DNA of 64,000 nt from a virus: positions 32,001-96,000 of IMG/VR virus record IMGVR_UViG_3300045988_167206. One strand, written 5' to 3'. Shown here piece by piece: positions 25,657 through 34,819 of this stretch. Under the pieces are notes generated by a model. It did no database searches, was not told the origin of the DNA, and saw only the letters and a list, made by a program, of their open reading frames with translations. Numbering within the stretch: position 1 is the stretch's first letter; every line of letters begins with the position of its first letter. Both the position numbers and the translations under genes were made by a program.

Positions 25657-25680
25657 AATGGTGTCAAAATGGTGTCAAAA
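25655..25680 (+). repeat. Tandem pair ATGGTGTCAAA x2 (candidate integrase arm sites, right)
   Basis: AAAATGGTGTCAAAATGGTGTCAAAA, starting at the final A of the fragment's TAA stop codon (25654-25656). Confidence 0.5.
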
Positions 25681-25724
25681 AAAACTATAAATTACGTAAT
25701 GAGATAACTTTAAATACAATAAAT

Positions 25725-25759
25725 AAAAAGCAGAGGCTCTTTGTAACCTCTGCTTTTTA
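25725..25759 (+). terminator. Rho-independent terminator (bidirectional shape)
   Basis: AAAAGCAGAGG, 10-nt loop, CCTCTGCTTTTT. Confidence 0.7.
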
Positions 25760-25888
25760 TTGCAATACATCTTTTGGTTTTTGTCTGACCATTTCAGAAT
25801 ACATTTTTATTATACATCAAGTATAAGTGCATTGCAATTTCTAAATTTGTCGAGATTATTCGAAATAAGCATACTTGATGTTAAAAGT

Positions 25889-25921
25889 AAAAAAAGGGAT
25901 ATCACTTAATTGTGATATCCC
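25889..25921 (-). terminator. Rho-independent terminator of the lysis/fibre transcription unit
   Basis: On the minus strand: GGGATATCAC, AATTAA loop, GTGATATCCC, then TTTTTTT. Confidence 0.75.
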
Positions 25922-26054
25922 AAATTTATAGAATAATAATTTAATGCAATGCGTATTTTGCTCTAAAATCGATCTCGTGTCAACTCCCTAAGAAGTTTAC
26001 ACTGAACTATCTAGAAACGATTCTAAGCCATACTACACGCCGTAGAAGCCGCTA

Positions 26055-26321
26055 TTATTCATCCTTTTTTGGCTCGGTATATTCAAGTGCCTGAGTACTA
26101 TCTGTAATACCTGCAGTAGTAGGGTCAGTAACGACTCCTAAGATTGCGAGGATCATAAATACTGCGTTTACAACATCAAGCAGCTTATTTCCGAGATCTC
26201 CAAGGTCAATCTGAATTCCAAATACAGCAGCTACAACCTGAATGAGTAGTAGGACAGCAGGAATTAGAGCAATCCAGAATGCTTTGTTTTTTACACGTAC
26301 TAACCAGTTAATGTTTCTCAT
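26055..26321 (-). CDS. Holin, phiLC3 family
   Basis: INWLVRVKNKAFWIALIPAVLLLIQ...LAILGVVTDPTTAGITDSTQALEY is the family hallmark. 88 aa, next to the endolysin. Confidence 0.88.
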   Translation of the reverse strand: MRNINWLVRVKNKAFWIALIPAVLLLIQVVAAVFGIQIDLGDLGNKLLDVVNAVFMILAILGVVTDPTTAGITDSTQALEYTEPKKDE

Positions 26322-26322
26322 A

Positions 26323-26925
26323 TTAAATTCCTTCTTTCTGTGAGTAAATACTTCCTTTTGGATAGCGAATTTCTAATTCTTCGATCTCTGGAAGCAATTT
26401 TTCATGATAAATATCATCTCCACCGGCAGCCTCATAAAGTTTTCCCATTTCCATAAATGTTTTTAGACCATCCGGGGTAATATATCCTTGAGAGGTAAAA
26501 ATTTTATGCATTTGCCATAATGAACTGCGAAATGATGCAACAGTACGATCATTTTGTATGTCGATGTACGAACTTACCATTTGAGCTAAATCTGATATTT
26601 GATTGCTTAAGCCTTTTTGATTTTGCTTTAATTCATTTCTAATCTGAATACTTTGTTCGTGATAACCCTGTTGCTTCTTATAAAGATTATCTTCTCGGTT
26701 ATCTATTTCTTGAGTAAGTTTTTTTACTGAATCTTCAAGATTTAAAATTTTTTGTTCTTGAGCTTTTTTATAAAGACTGGATTTTGTTTCAAATCCAAAT
26801 ATCTCCATCAACTTTTTCCCAATTGTATATAATGCAATAACAATAAGTGCTATGTACAAAAGGGATATGAGAGCATTAAACTCTCCAATTTCATGAATTT
26901 CTTTTATAGCATTGATTCCATCCAT
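26323..26925 (-). CDS. Membrane-anchored coiled-coil protein in the lysis cassette (200 aa)
   Basis: N-terminal TM FNALISLLYIALIVIALYTIG followed by a coiled coil. It lies between endolysin and holin. Confidence 0.65.
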   Translation of the reverse strand: MDGINAIKEIHEIGEFNALISLLYIALIVIALYTIGKKLMEIFGFETKSSLYKKAQEQKILNLEDSVKKLTQEIDNREDNLYKKQQGYHEQSIQIRNELKQNQKGLSNQISDLAQMVSSYIDIQNDRTVASFRSSLWQMHKIFTSQGYITPDGLKTFMEMGKLYEAAGGDDIYHEKLLPEIEELEIRYPKGSIYSQKEGI

Positions 26926-26944
26926 TCTATTCTCCCTTCGTTAT

Positions 26945-28642
26945 TTATTGTTTTGCAATATATTTTTTAGCAGCGTATCCATAGTACTTTCCTGCAATTC
27001 GGATATAATACCATTCGCTATTATCTTTAGCTTTTACTGTATCACATACATCTACAAGATTTCCTTTTTTAAGCATAGGATAGCTTTTGAGTTGCGTATT
27101 CTCAGTTCCTGCACCAGTACGAACATTTAAAGAATCAGCTGTTATCTTTCCGACAAATTTAGGTGTTTTTGATGGTGCTTTATTCGTAGTAGTATTTTTA
27201 TTCTGTGCAGCGATCACAGCATCAAGTTTTGCAATAGTGTTCTTTCCTGCAATGCCATCGATTTCAAGCTTATATTTAGTCTGGAATGATTTTACAGCAG
27301 ATCTGGTTGCATTACCATAAGAACCATCTACAGCTAATTTATATCCAACCTTATTAAGCTTAGTCTGAAGTGTCTTTACATCAGATCCTGTATCGCCATA
27401 CTGAAGATAATTTTTAGTGTTTGTAGGAGTAATAACAGAAGTGGTTACACCAGAAGTTCCAGATAAAATAGATGTGACAAGAGAATAGTTAGGAGTACAG
27501 AATTTAGTTCCTGGAAGCTGCGAATTATAATAAGATTTCTCGCATACACCGCCACCGTTGGCAACGATCCCAGACGCGCCGGAAGTATTCCCCTCGATAG
27601 TCCAAAATTTGTCTCCTTGAACTCTTGTAACCAAACCGGTATGAGCAAATGTTCCGTTACGATAGAAAATTACAATGTCACCGACTTTAGGATTTGCATT
27701 TTTAGTAAATAGTTCTCCAAGAGTAGGACAATATACATAAGGCCAGTGCTTTAATAATTTTTTGGCTGTTTCAAGTCCAAATACCTTCATGAATAACCAT
27801 GAAATGAAGCAAGCACACCATGGTTGTCCTTGATAAGCTGGATATACATCTCTCCAGTACTTTGTTATATTGTTGTATCCTGCATTAGCTGACTTACTAT
27901 CTAACTGAGCATTTGTTTTCTTTTCAAGATAACCGATCTCATCTGTGGCAATTTTAATCATAGCATTAATTGCCTGATCTTTTGTTACTTTATTTGCTGT
28001 GGTATTATTTGAGGAAGAATTGGTAGAATTACCAAGTAGTTTAGAATTATAACAGATATCTCCGTCAAAATTTTGATTGAATCCAGTTAATCTTGCGCGA
28101 CTAGAATACTGGAAAATATCACATGCAATTGGGGCTTCATGATAAGAGTAGTCAGATTTGTATTGAGCCAACCAAAATACATATCCTTTAGATTTCACAC
28201 GATCAGAATACATATTGTAATAATAATCGGTATTACAATAATATCCAGGTATTAATTTAGCAGCTTTTATTGTATCACAAAAAGCAATTGTAAAATCATT
28301 ACATTCTTTTGATCCAAGAGTAACCCCTTTCGCCTTTGCTTTTTTCACAGTGTCATATTCAAAATCATAAAAGATAATTGGAATATTATAAGGTTTACAA
28401 ATATCCATACATAATTTTGCTTCATTTTTAGCTTGAGTTGCATTTAATGCATATGTAAACCAATAAGCTCCAATAATTTTGATTCCTGTAGATTGACATG
28501 CTTTTGCATATTGATCAAACTTGGGATCTTTTGTTGTGCCATAGCCGGCACGTAAAATAATATAGTTAATTCCCGCAGATTTGAGTTTATTAAAATCGAG
28601 GTTTCCTTGCCAGTAACTAATATCAATTAATTTTGTGGACAT
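26945..28642 (-). CDS. Four-domain endolysin: GH25 muramidase, CHAP peptidase, PG_binding_1, SH3
   Basis: LIDISYWQGNLDF (GH25). QPWCACFISW...FAHTGLV (CHAP Cys/His). GDTGSDVKTLQTKLNKVGYKLAVDGSYGNATRSAVKSFQ (PG-binding). C-terminal LNVRTGAG...WYYIRIAGKYYGYAAKKYI (SH3-like). Start set to the Met after AAGGAGGGA. Confidence 0.9.
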   Translation of the reverse strand: MSTKLIDISYWQGNLDFNKLKSAGINYIILRAGYGTTKDPKFDQYAKACQSTGIKIIGAYWFTYALNATQAKNEAKLCMDICKPYNIPIIFYDFEYDTVKKAKAKGVTLGSKECNDFTIAFCDTIKAAKLIPGYYCNTDYYYNMYSDRVKSKGYVFWLAQYKSDYSYHEAPIACDIFQYSSRARLTGFNQNFDGDICYNSKLLGNSTNSSSNNTTANKVTKDQAINAMIKIATDEIGYLEKKTNAQLDSKSANAGYNNITKYWRDVYPAYQGQPWCACFISWLFMKVFGLETAKKLLKHWPYVYCPTLGELFTKNANPKVGDIVIFYRNGTFAHTGLVTRVQGDKFWTIEGNTSGASGIVANGGGVCEKSYYNSQLPGTKFCTPNYSLVTSILSGTSGVTTSVITPTNTKNYLQYGDTGSDVKTLQTKLNKVGYKLAVDGSYGNATRSAVKSFQTKYKLEIDGIAGKNTIAKLDAVIAAQNKNTTTNKAPSKTPKFVGKITADSLNVRTGAGTENTQLKSYPMLKKGNLVDVCDTVKAKDNSEWYYIRIAGKYYGYAAKKYIAKQ

Positions 28643-28744
28643 ATAAATCCCTCCTTGTATTTTTAGAACGCGAATATATTTCACGATATAAGAAAAAATA
28701 GAAATGTAAGATTAGAATATTGTATATAGATTATGTGTCAATGT

Positions 28745-29449
28745 TTAAGCAATTCTTTGCCAAATATAAACACAAAAGAATGGAGGCATATTGTTATGTG
28801 CTGTACCACTTCCATTTGTACCAGTAGTTGATGCTTTTGTCGTAATGGTATGAGTATGAGCACCATTAGAGTTGGCAGTACCAACTGTACCACTTACTTC
28901 ACCAGCTCCAGAATATGGAATTGCTGGATATGAATCATCATTTGCAAAAGTTGTATTAATGCATTTTTTTTTAATTGTTACATTGTGAGTATGAGCACCA
29001 TTATGAGCTGCACTACCACTTAAAGCAGGAATACTATGTGAATGAGATGGAAGATTGGCAGTTTTAAGAGATACCGAAGTTGAGCCGCCAGTTGCCCCAA
29101 CAGCATAAGTATCAGTTCCTGAATATCCATATAAAAATTTTCCATCAATTCTTTGCCAAGTTCCTCCAAAATAAACATGCATTTTTTCGGCAGTGCTTAA
29201 ATCTGGTGCGTTTGTAAGAACCGTTCCGTCTGGCTCGTAATTACACCATGTAAATATGTAACCAATAGGATAGGTGGCTTCAATTTTTTTATTTAATACA
29301 TTACCTTGATTTGCAGAAAGTGGAACTTTAGCAGACGTACTACTGCAATTATCTACGATATTAGCATTTTTAACAAATACCTGTCGTATTGTGATATAAA
29401 AATTTTCAAAACTTTGCAAAATTAATTCTCTTGGAGATTTCATTGCCAT
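28745..29449 (-). CDS. Tail-collar (MdpB-like) fibre protein
   Basis: YPIGYIFTW, NLPSHSHS, GAHTHN/GAHTHT and a C-terminal AHNNMPPF, typical of phage tail collar domain proteins. Confidence 0.7.
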   Translation of the reverse strand: MAMKSPRELILQSFENFYITIRQVFVKNANIVDNCSSTSAKVPLSANQGNVLNKKIEATYPIGYIFTWCNYEPDGTVLTNAPDLSTAEKMHVYFGGTWQRIDGKFLYGYSGTDTYAVGATGGSTSVSLKTANLPSHSHSIPALSGSAAHNGAHTHNVTIKKKCINTTFANDDSYPAIPYSGAGEVSGTVGTANSNGAHTHTITTKASTTGTNGSGTAHNNMPPFFCVYIWQRIA

Positions 29450-30267
29450 TATAATTCCTCCTTGTGTTCATTAAAATCAACATCATTATTATTTTTAGAA
29501 GTTAAAGCCTCAAGATATTTCTGCACAACAAGCTGTGACTGTTCCATAATCATATTATAAGTTTCAAGATATTCTCCTGATAATTCAAAACCATAATTTA
29601 TAGATTCAACAGACTCTTTATCATCAAGAGTTTTGATATACATTTTGAGCTGATTTGTATAAGTTTGATTATGTGTAAGATTAGTCATTTCCTTAATGTA
29701 TAAAGTCGTGATTTCTTCTGGTGTAAACAATCTACAATTCTCCCCATCAGCATGATATGGCATATTCATTTGTGTAGCAATTGCAAGTTGAACGGCATTA
29801 AGTAAATTAGATTGATCTTCTGTTTTATAGGAAAATAATTTTACATCTCCATCAAGCTCCATATAAACTCCATGAATGATATTGAAATTACAAGCATTTG
29901 TTATTTCTTCGATCTTTTGTGCTTTTAATTCATCAAGAGTAAGTTCTCGTGAATCATCAGGTTCAATAGGAACGACAGGTTCTATAAGTTCAGATGATTT
30001 AAATATGCTGCCATCATTACTAAGTGAAAGAGTATTAGTTGTAATATCTTTTTGATAAACAGTATTAAATCCTTTGTATTTTCCTGATATTGAACCACCG
30101 CGTGTTAAAATATAAATAGTATCAAATGTAGACATATCTTCTAAAAGCAAAGATATGTCTACATTTTTATCGAATACAATCGTCATAATGTTAGAAAATA
30201 GTGAAATATTATCAAAATCATATATTTTATCATTTGACAGTTTGATTTTTTCTTTTAATATCGGCAT
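29449..30267 (-). CDS. Fibre-associated protein (DUF4376-like, possible fibre assembly factor)
   Basis: LDELKAQKIEEITNACNFNIIHGVYMELDGDVKLFSYKTEDQSNLLNAV resembles the DUF4376 core. TAATG coupling to the downstream collar gene. Confidence 0.5.
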   Translation of the reverse strand: MPILKEKIKLSNDKIYDFDNISLFSNIMTIVFDKNVDISLLLEDMSTFDTIYILTRGGSISGKYKGFNTVYQKDITTNTLSLSNDGSIFKSSELIEPVVPIEPDDSRELTLDELKAQKIEEITNACNFNIIHGVYMELDGDVKLFSYKTEDQSNLLNAVQLAIATQMNMPYHADGENCRLFTPEEITTLYIKEMTNLTHNQTYTNQLKMYIKTLDDKESVESINYGFELSGEYLETYNMIMEQSQLVVQKYLEALTSKNNNDVDFNEHKEEL

Positions 30268-30301
30268 GTAAATAGCTCCTTTCTTTATTAATAAACACCG
30301 C

Positions 30302-32281
30302 CTATTCTATTATATCTATATCTGGAAGATCATCTTTTTCTATTTTAGTGATCATTTTTAAAAAATCATCTTTTGTAATTGTTACACTATCATCAAAATA
30401 TTTTACTAAAGTATCAAGATTGGATTTATCGTTTGTAGACATAAAGCCAGAAGTAGATGTGGTAACATTATTGTGATTATGACCAGAAGCAGCAGCACCT
30501 ATTTCATTCAACGACCATGAAACATCTGCAGAACCATTTACGGATTTTTTTGCATTACCAATAGTAATATTTCGTGCTGTTCCCCAATTCACGGTAGTAA
30601 TATCTGCAGATCCATTAAATGAAGTTCCATTGATTTTATGAGAATCTTTTAGAACAGTAGTTGTCCTGGCATTACCATTTAAAGAACCGTAAAAATTTGA
30701 AGCTACTACAGCGGCAGGAAATGTAACATTTTGGTTACTATCATATGAATAAATAGAACCATATCGGGCCATATTTGATGGAATTGTCCATCCAACACCG
30801 CCAAATCCCATTATACGTAAAACCTGTAAACCAAAATATTTTCCATCATTCCCAGAAGTACATCCAAATGTAAAACGAATTAAACCATATTGGCTACTAG
30901 GTGTATTTGCATAAGATCTAAATTTAGTTACATTAATAATATTCCAACCACTCCAACCAGAAATTTTTACCTTGTCTGCAAACGATACAAATGTACTAGG
31001 GGCTGATTCTAAAGAAGCATCAATCGTACAATAACATCCAGAGCTACCATTTGTAGAAACGTATAATGCAAATTTATTGAATTCAGTATAAACAGGAATT
31101 TTATCAGTATCTAATATAATTCTAAGCATGCATTTTTCATTAGCCATATTTTTACTATCTGACTTTCCAATTGCAAAACCAAAATCACCAGTACTTAATA
31201 TCGAACACTTTTGAGCATCAGTTGCTTCATAATTAAGCCAAGTTTTACCGCTATCACGAGAATATTCAATAGTTATTCCAGCAGGTTTACCAAAAGCTAA
31301 TCTATTCGCCCCTAAATCAGGAACCATAGCGGCATCAATACAACCAAAATCTCCAGAAAAATTTTTACCTCCCCATGATAAATAACTTTCTTTTACAGAA
31401 TCAATAGGAATACTTATATTTCCTGAACCATCGAAATTAGCTCCATTATTGGATATAGCCCCGCCAGATACTTTAATATTACGAGTAGTTGTTAATTTGT
31501 CTGCACGAACGGCTGCTAATGCACTTGTTGCAGTTTTTACAGATGCATTAGAAATATCTGAAATCTGTGAAATAGAATGAGTATGGGTAGAAGGTGTATA
31601 ACTTGTAGGTTTTCCAGTAATGTTTGTCCAATCAATACTTTCTGGTATTGCTACAATTTCTTCTGTAGCATTTGTTGGAAAATTTTCTTGGCGAGAAAAT
31701 AATGACATCCATGTAAGTTTTCCGCTTCTATCATTTAATGTTTTTTCAAAAAATTTTACTTCGTTCCATGGGACAACATGATACCATACTTCTAATTTAG
31801 AACATTTATTTACTTCGTCTTTATAAATGAACCCTTTAAGATTATCCTTTATAAAATCAGGACATAAACTATTAATTTTATACGAAATTTTAACATTATA
31901 AAAATAGGAATCACCATTATTTTGAATGTAAAATTTAATATAAGCAAATCCGTTATCTCTTTGAGCTATAGCAATTTCATAATTAAAATTTGCCCAGGCA
32001 GTAGTAGTTACTTCGAATAATTTTGTATAATATCCAGTGCCTGTATTCTCGGAAAGAATATATTTATGTTTAAAATCAGATTTATTATTTAACTGAACAT
32101 CCATTGCATATGTTAAGTCGCTCCATTTACTAGATCCGTCACCAACTTTATATCTTCCTTTGTTGTTTCCATTAGAAGTATAAGCGCATTCGCCTGTAAG
32201 CAAAATAGGATTTTTAGAGATCCAATTAGCTTCTGTATCGCACCTATTTTTAATTCGAGTATTTAATGTGTTATTTGCCAT
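30302..32281 (-). CDS. Tail fibre protein (659 aa)
   Basis: N-terminus LNTRIKNRCDTEANWISKNPILLTGECAY...KVGDGSSKWSDLTYA (hyaluronidase/Mtd-N-type fibre anchor). GKPTSYTPSTHTHS motif. Start set after GAGGAGG. Confidence 0.75.
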   Translation of the reverse strand: MANNTLNTRIKNRCDTEANWISKNPILLTGECAYTSNGNNKGRYKVGDGSSKWSDLTYAMDVQLNNKSDFKHKYILSENTGTGYYTKLFEVTTTAWANFNYEIAIAQRDNGFAYIKFYIQNNGDSYFYNVKISYKINSLCPDFIKDNLKGFIYKDEVNKCSKLEVWYHVVPWNEVKFFEKTLNDRSGKLTWMSLFSRQENFPTNATEEIVAIPESIDWTNITGKPTSYTPSTHTHSISQISDISNASVKTATSALAAVRADKLTTTRNIKVSGGAISNNGANFDGSGNISIPIDSVKESYLSWGGKNFSGDFGCIDAAMVPDLGANRLAFGKPAGITIEYSRDSGKTWLNYEATDAQKCSILSTGDFGFAIGKSDSKNMANEKCMLRIILDTDKIPVYTEFNKFALYVSTNGSSGCYCTIDASLESAPSTFVSFADKVKISGWSGWNIINVTKFRSYANTPSSQYGLIRFTFGCTSGNDGKYFGLQVLRIMGFGGVGWTIPSNMARYGSIYSYDSNQNVTFPAAVVASNFYGSLNGNARTTTVLKDSHKINGTSFNGSADITTVNWGTARNITIGNAKKSVNGSADVSWSLNEIGAAASGHNHNNVTTSTSGFMSTNDKSNLDTLVKYFDDSVTITKDDFLKMITKIEKDDLPDIDIIE

Positions 32282-32325
32282 TTTACACCTCCTCATTTAT
32301 TCAAAAAATTGTATTCATTAACATT

Positions 32326-32359
32326 AAAAACTATAGCAGCCTTATGAAAACTGCTATAG
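32326..32359 (-). terminator. Rho-independent terminator between the two large fibre genes
   Basis: Minus strand: CTATAGCAG, 11-nt loop, CTGCTATAG, then TTTTTAATG. Confidence 0.6.
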
Positions 32360-32492
32360 TTGGCTTTGTAAATCTATTCATCAGATATCTTAAGGATTAT
32401 TGATTTTCAGATTCAATTTCATTTATAAATACATTTTCTAAATCAGAAACTAATAATTCCTCTAGACTAGAAACCTGACTTTTATTCGACAG

Positions 32493-34814
32493 TTATTCAG
32501 CTCCACCGCAATTTAAAATAAGCGTATTCGCACCATTAATAATTGCGTCTGTACTTACAGAAGCTACGGTTGCGTTAAGCGTTACATTTCCAGTTCCATC
32601 AAAGTTTACAGCAGTTGCAGTTACTCCACCTGTGATAGAGAATGCTCTTGCTGTAGAAAGTTTAACGGCAGAGTTTGCAGCACCGCCTACAGAACTTGAA
32701 CCAGCATAGCTATGAGTATGGTTACTTGCAGCAGCTCCAATAGAAGCAAGAGTGATATCGGCAGATCCATCAAAAGATGCGTTACCAATCTTTCTTGCGG
32801 TTGCTAATTTGGTTGCTGTGGCTGCGTTTCCTGTACAAGCCTTTGCAGTCTCAGCAGTTGTTGCTGTAGCTGCGTTGCCGGTACATTTTGAAGCGGTAGC
32901 AGCATTTCCAGTGATAGAAATCCCCCATGTTCCTGATGCGCCACTACCAGTCTTAGTTACTGTATAGCCAGTGTAGTTTGCAGAATCAAGGAGTGTTCTC
33001 CAGGTTTTATCGATTCCGCCTGCATTACCATATCTATGATTTAAACTTCCACCATGTTCAGCCCAGATTTGATGAATTTCTGAGCTGCCATATGCCATAT
33101 TAAATAAGAAACCATAACGAGAAGGCTGTCCATTAAGTTCACCCTCTATATTATAATAATGAACACTATTATTTTTGCTTGCCCAGTTTGCTACAGTATC
33201 GTCAGCAATGGTTTTAATAGTGTTTTCACCACATGCGTTAAAACTTGTATGTCCATGACTGGAATTTGCTTTTCCTGCAAGTTTAGTATCCATTTCAGAT
33301 TCAGTATAATAACGATCATCGTGTGTGTGGCCGTTATTAGATTTTCCATCTAATGCTGCCTGTAATCCTGTTACGTTTGCAATAGTATGTGTATGTGAAG
33401 ACGGTGCAAAAGTGGAAGGTTTTCCAGTTACTTTATCCCAGGCTACGGCATTTGCAGAAGCAGCTGAACCTGTAATGTTTGCAGTAATTGTATTTGACTT
33501 CGGATTATATTTTAATGCATCATTGTAATCTCTTTTGGTTTCTGTTGTATTATTTGAGAACCATACATGACGAGCGGCATCTACAGTAGTATCTGCGACT
33601 GTACCAGAAACATTTGTAGCCGTTCCTGCAGAACCTGCATATTTAACACTTTTATTTGCGTCAGCTGTATTATCTACGTTACCTAAACCAACTTGATCTT
33701 TTGTGTGAGTATGAGTGCTTGGTGTAAATGTAGATGGTCTACCGCTTACATTTCCCCATGTCACATAATCAGCTACAGCTTTTGAAGTTGGGAGTTTTGT
33801 AGAAGTGGATCCAGAAGCGATAGTAGAGTCAATCTGTTTTGTGGCTGCTTCACCTAGTGTAATTGAACCTGTTTTAGCAGATGTTGTAAGATTGGTTGTA
33901 GTTGTAGAATAATTAACTGTTGTTACAGCTTCATCACCAGAAGGAACTACAAGCCATTTTGGATCTTTTGCCATTGCAACTACTAAGTCGCCAATTTTTG
34001 CTGTTACATCAGCGGCAGTATAAGAATTATTAGCAGGTACAGTAATCTGAGTAATTACCTTATATGTGTCACCGACTACCGCAGATGTTGGAAGAGTAGT
34101 TGAGGTACCATTTGTACCAATAGTACCTTTAAATACCATTGCGTCAGAAGCAGCAATACTTGAAGAGATTTTGCTATCTACATACTGTTTGGTCGCAGGA
34201 TGTAAATTAGCTGTAGGGTCAGCATTAAGAGTTACGGCTCCAGTAAATGTGCCACCTGCTTTTGGCATTGCATTATCTGCTTTTGTACCTTGAGCGGCGG
34301 TTGCATAAGCATTTGAAGCTGTGTAAGCAGCAGATCCAAGACCTTTAATTGCGACATCTGTAGCTGCACCAGTTCCAGTTGTGACAGAGATTGTACCATT
34401 TTTAGAACCTGTGGCTACTTTTCTTACGGCATTTGTAGCAAGTGTACCCTGTGCGGCTGTTGCATAATTACTTGTATTTGTATAAGCAGCACTGCCAAGA
34501 CCTTTAACAGCAATATTATCTGTAGTTTTGCCATCAACAGTTAATTTTACAGTACCATTGTTTGTACCTGTTGCAAGTGATACAGACTGGACAGCTCCAT
34601 CTGTAATAAGAGTGTTAATTTCGGCCGGAGTCATTGTGGCATATGTTAATTCTTTAAAAGTTTTAACACCATCACCAAATTTAATTTTGTAATCACCGGA
34701 TTCTGTAATTTCAAGAGCGGCTTCACCTTTTAATAAAACTAAGGTAGAAGTGGCCCAATTTGTGGTTGTATCTGTTTTAAGTGAGATACGAGTGTTTAAT
34801 GTCTTTGTAGCCAT
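32493..34814 (-). CDS. Tail fibre protein (773 aa), Ala/Thr/Gly-rich
   Basis: The same N-terminal anchor (LNTRISLKTDTTTNWATSTLVLLKGEAAL...KFGDGVKTFKELTYA). Two GxPSTFxPSxHTHT motifs. An internal about 50-aa duplication (KGLGSAAYT...YATAAQGT twice). TGNAATA repeats. Confidence 0.8.
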   Translation of the reverse strand: MATKTLNTRISLKTDTTTNWATSTLVLLKGEAALEITESGDYKIKFGDGVKTFKELTYATMTPAEINTLITDGAVQSVSLATGTNNGTVKLTVDGKTTDNIAVKGLGSAAYTNTSNYATAAQGTLATNAVRKVATGSKNGTISVTTGTGAATDVAIKGLGSAAYTASNAYATAAQGTKADNAMPKAGGTFTGAVTLNADPTANLHPATKQYVDSKISSSIAASDAMVFKGTIGTNGTSTTLPTSAVVGDTYKVITQITVPANNSYTAADVTAKIGDLVVAMAKDPKWLVVPSGDEAVTTVNYSTTTTNLTTSAKTGSITLGEAATKQIDSTIASGSTSTKLPTSKAVADYVTWGNVSGRPSTFTPSTHTHTKDQVGLGNVDNTADANKSVKYAGSAGTATNVSGTVADTTVDAARHVWFSNNTTETKRDYNDALKYNPKSNTITANITGSAASANAVAWDKVTGKPSTFAPSSHTHTIANVTGLQAALDGKSNNGHTHDDRYYTESEMDTKLAGKANSSHGHTSFNACGENTIKTIADDTVANWASKNNSVHYYNIEGELNGQPSRYGFLFNMAYGSSEIHQIWAEHGGSLNHRYGNAGGIDKTWRTLLDSANYTGYTVTKTGSGASGTWGISITGNAATASKCTGNAATATTAETAKACTGNAATATKLATARKIGNASFDGSADITLASIGAAASNHTHSYAGSSSVGGAANSAVKLSTARAFSITGGVTATAVNFDGTGNVTLNATVASVSTDAIINGANTLILNCGGAE

Positions 34815-34819
34815 TTACA

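Noticed and set aside
25386-25690. ORFs on both strands across the GC-rich segment (25386-25667 minus, 25463-25690 plus).
   Set aside because: Open frames in all phases are expected in a locally GC-rich fragment. Only the frame matching the YgiQ C-terminus has recognisable homology.
25940-26054. Possible small RNA or promoter (TTGACA-17-CAAAAT on the minus strand, about 25960-25990) in the long 3' region after the holin. This region was also checked for a tRNA.
   Set aside because: The -10 is weak, no tRNA cloverleaf or T-loop (GTTCRANYC) motif is present, and the region is simply covered by the holin transcript up to the terminator at 25889-25921.
32400-32492. The frame of the 773-aa fibre stays open for 31 codons past its TAA (LSNKSQVSSLEELLVSDLENVFINEIESENQ), hinting at stop-codon readthrough.
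   Set aside because: There is no readthrough context or conserved motif. An open run of this length is plausible by chance, and a terminator follows. It would need conservation evidence.
32752-34293. Plus-strand ORFs inside the 773-aa fibre gene (32752-32967, 33159-33528, 34066-34293), and similar ones inside the giant RBP, Tal and TMP genes.
   Set aside because: They are antisense frames of Ala/Thr/Gly-rich or repetitive coding sequence, with no RBS and no motifs.
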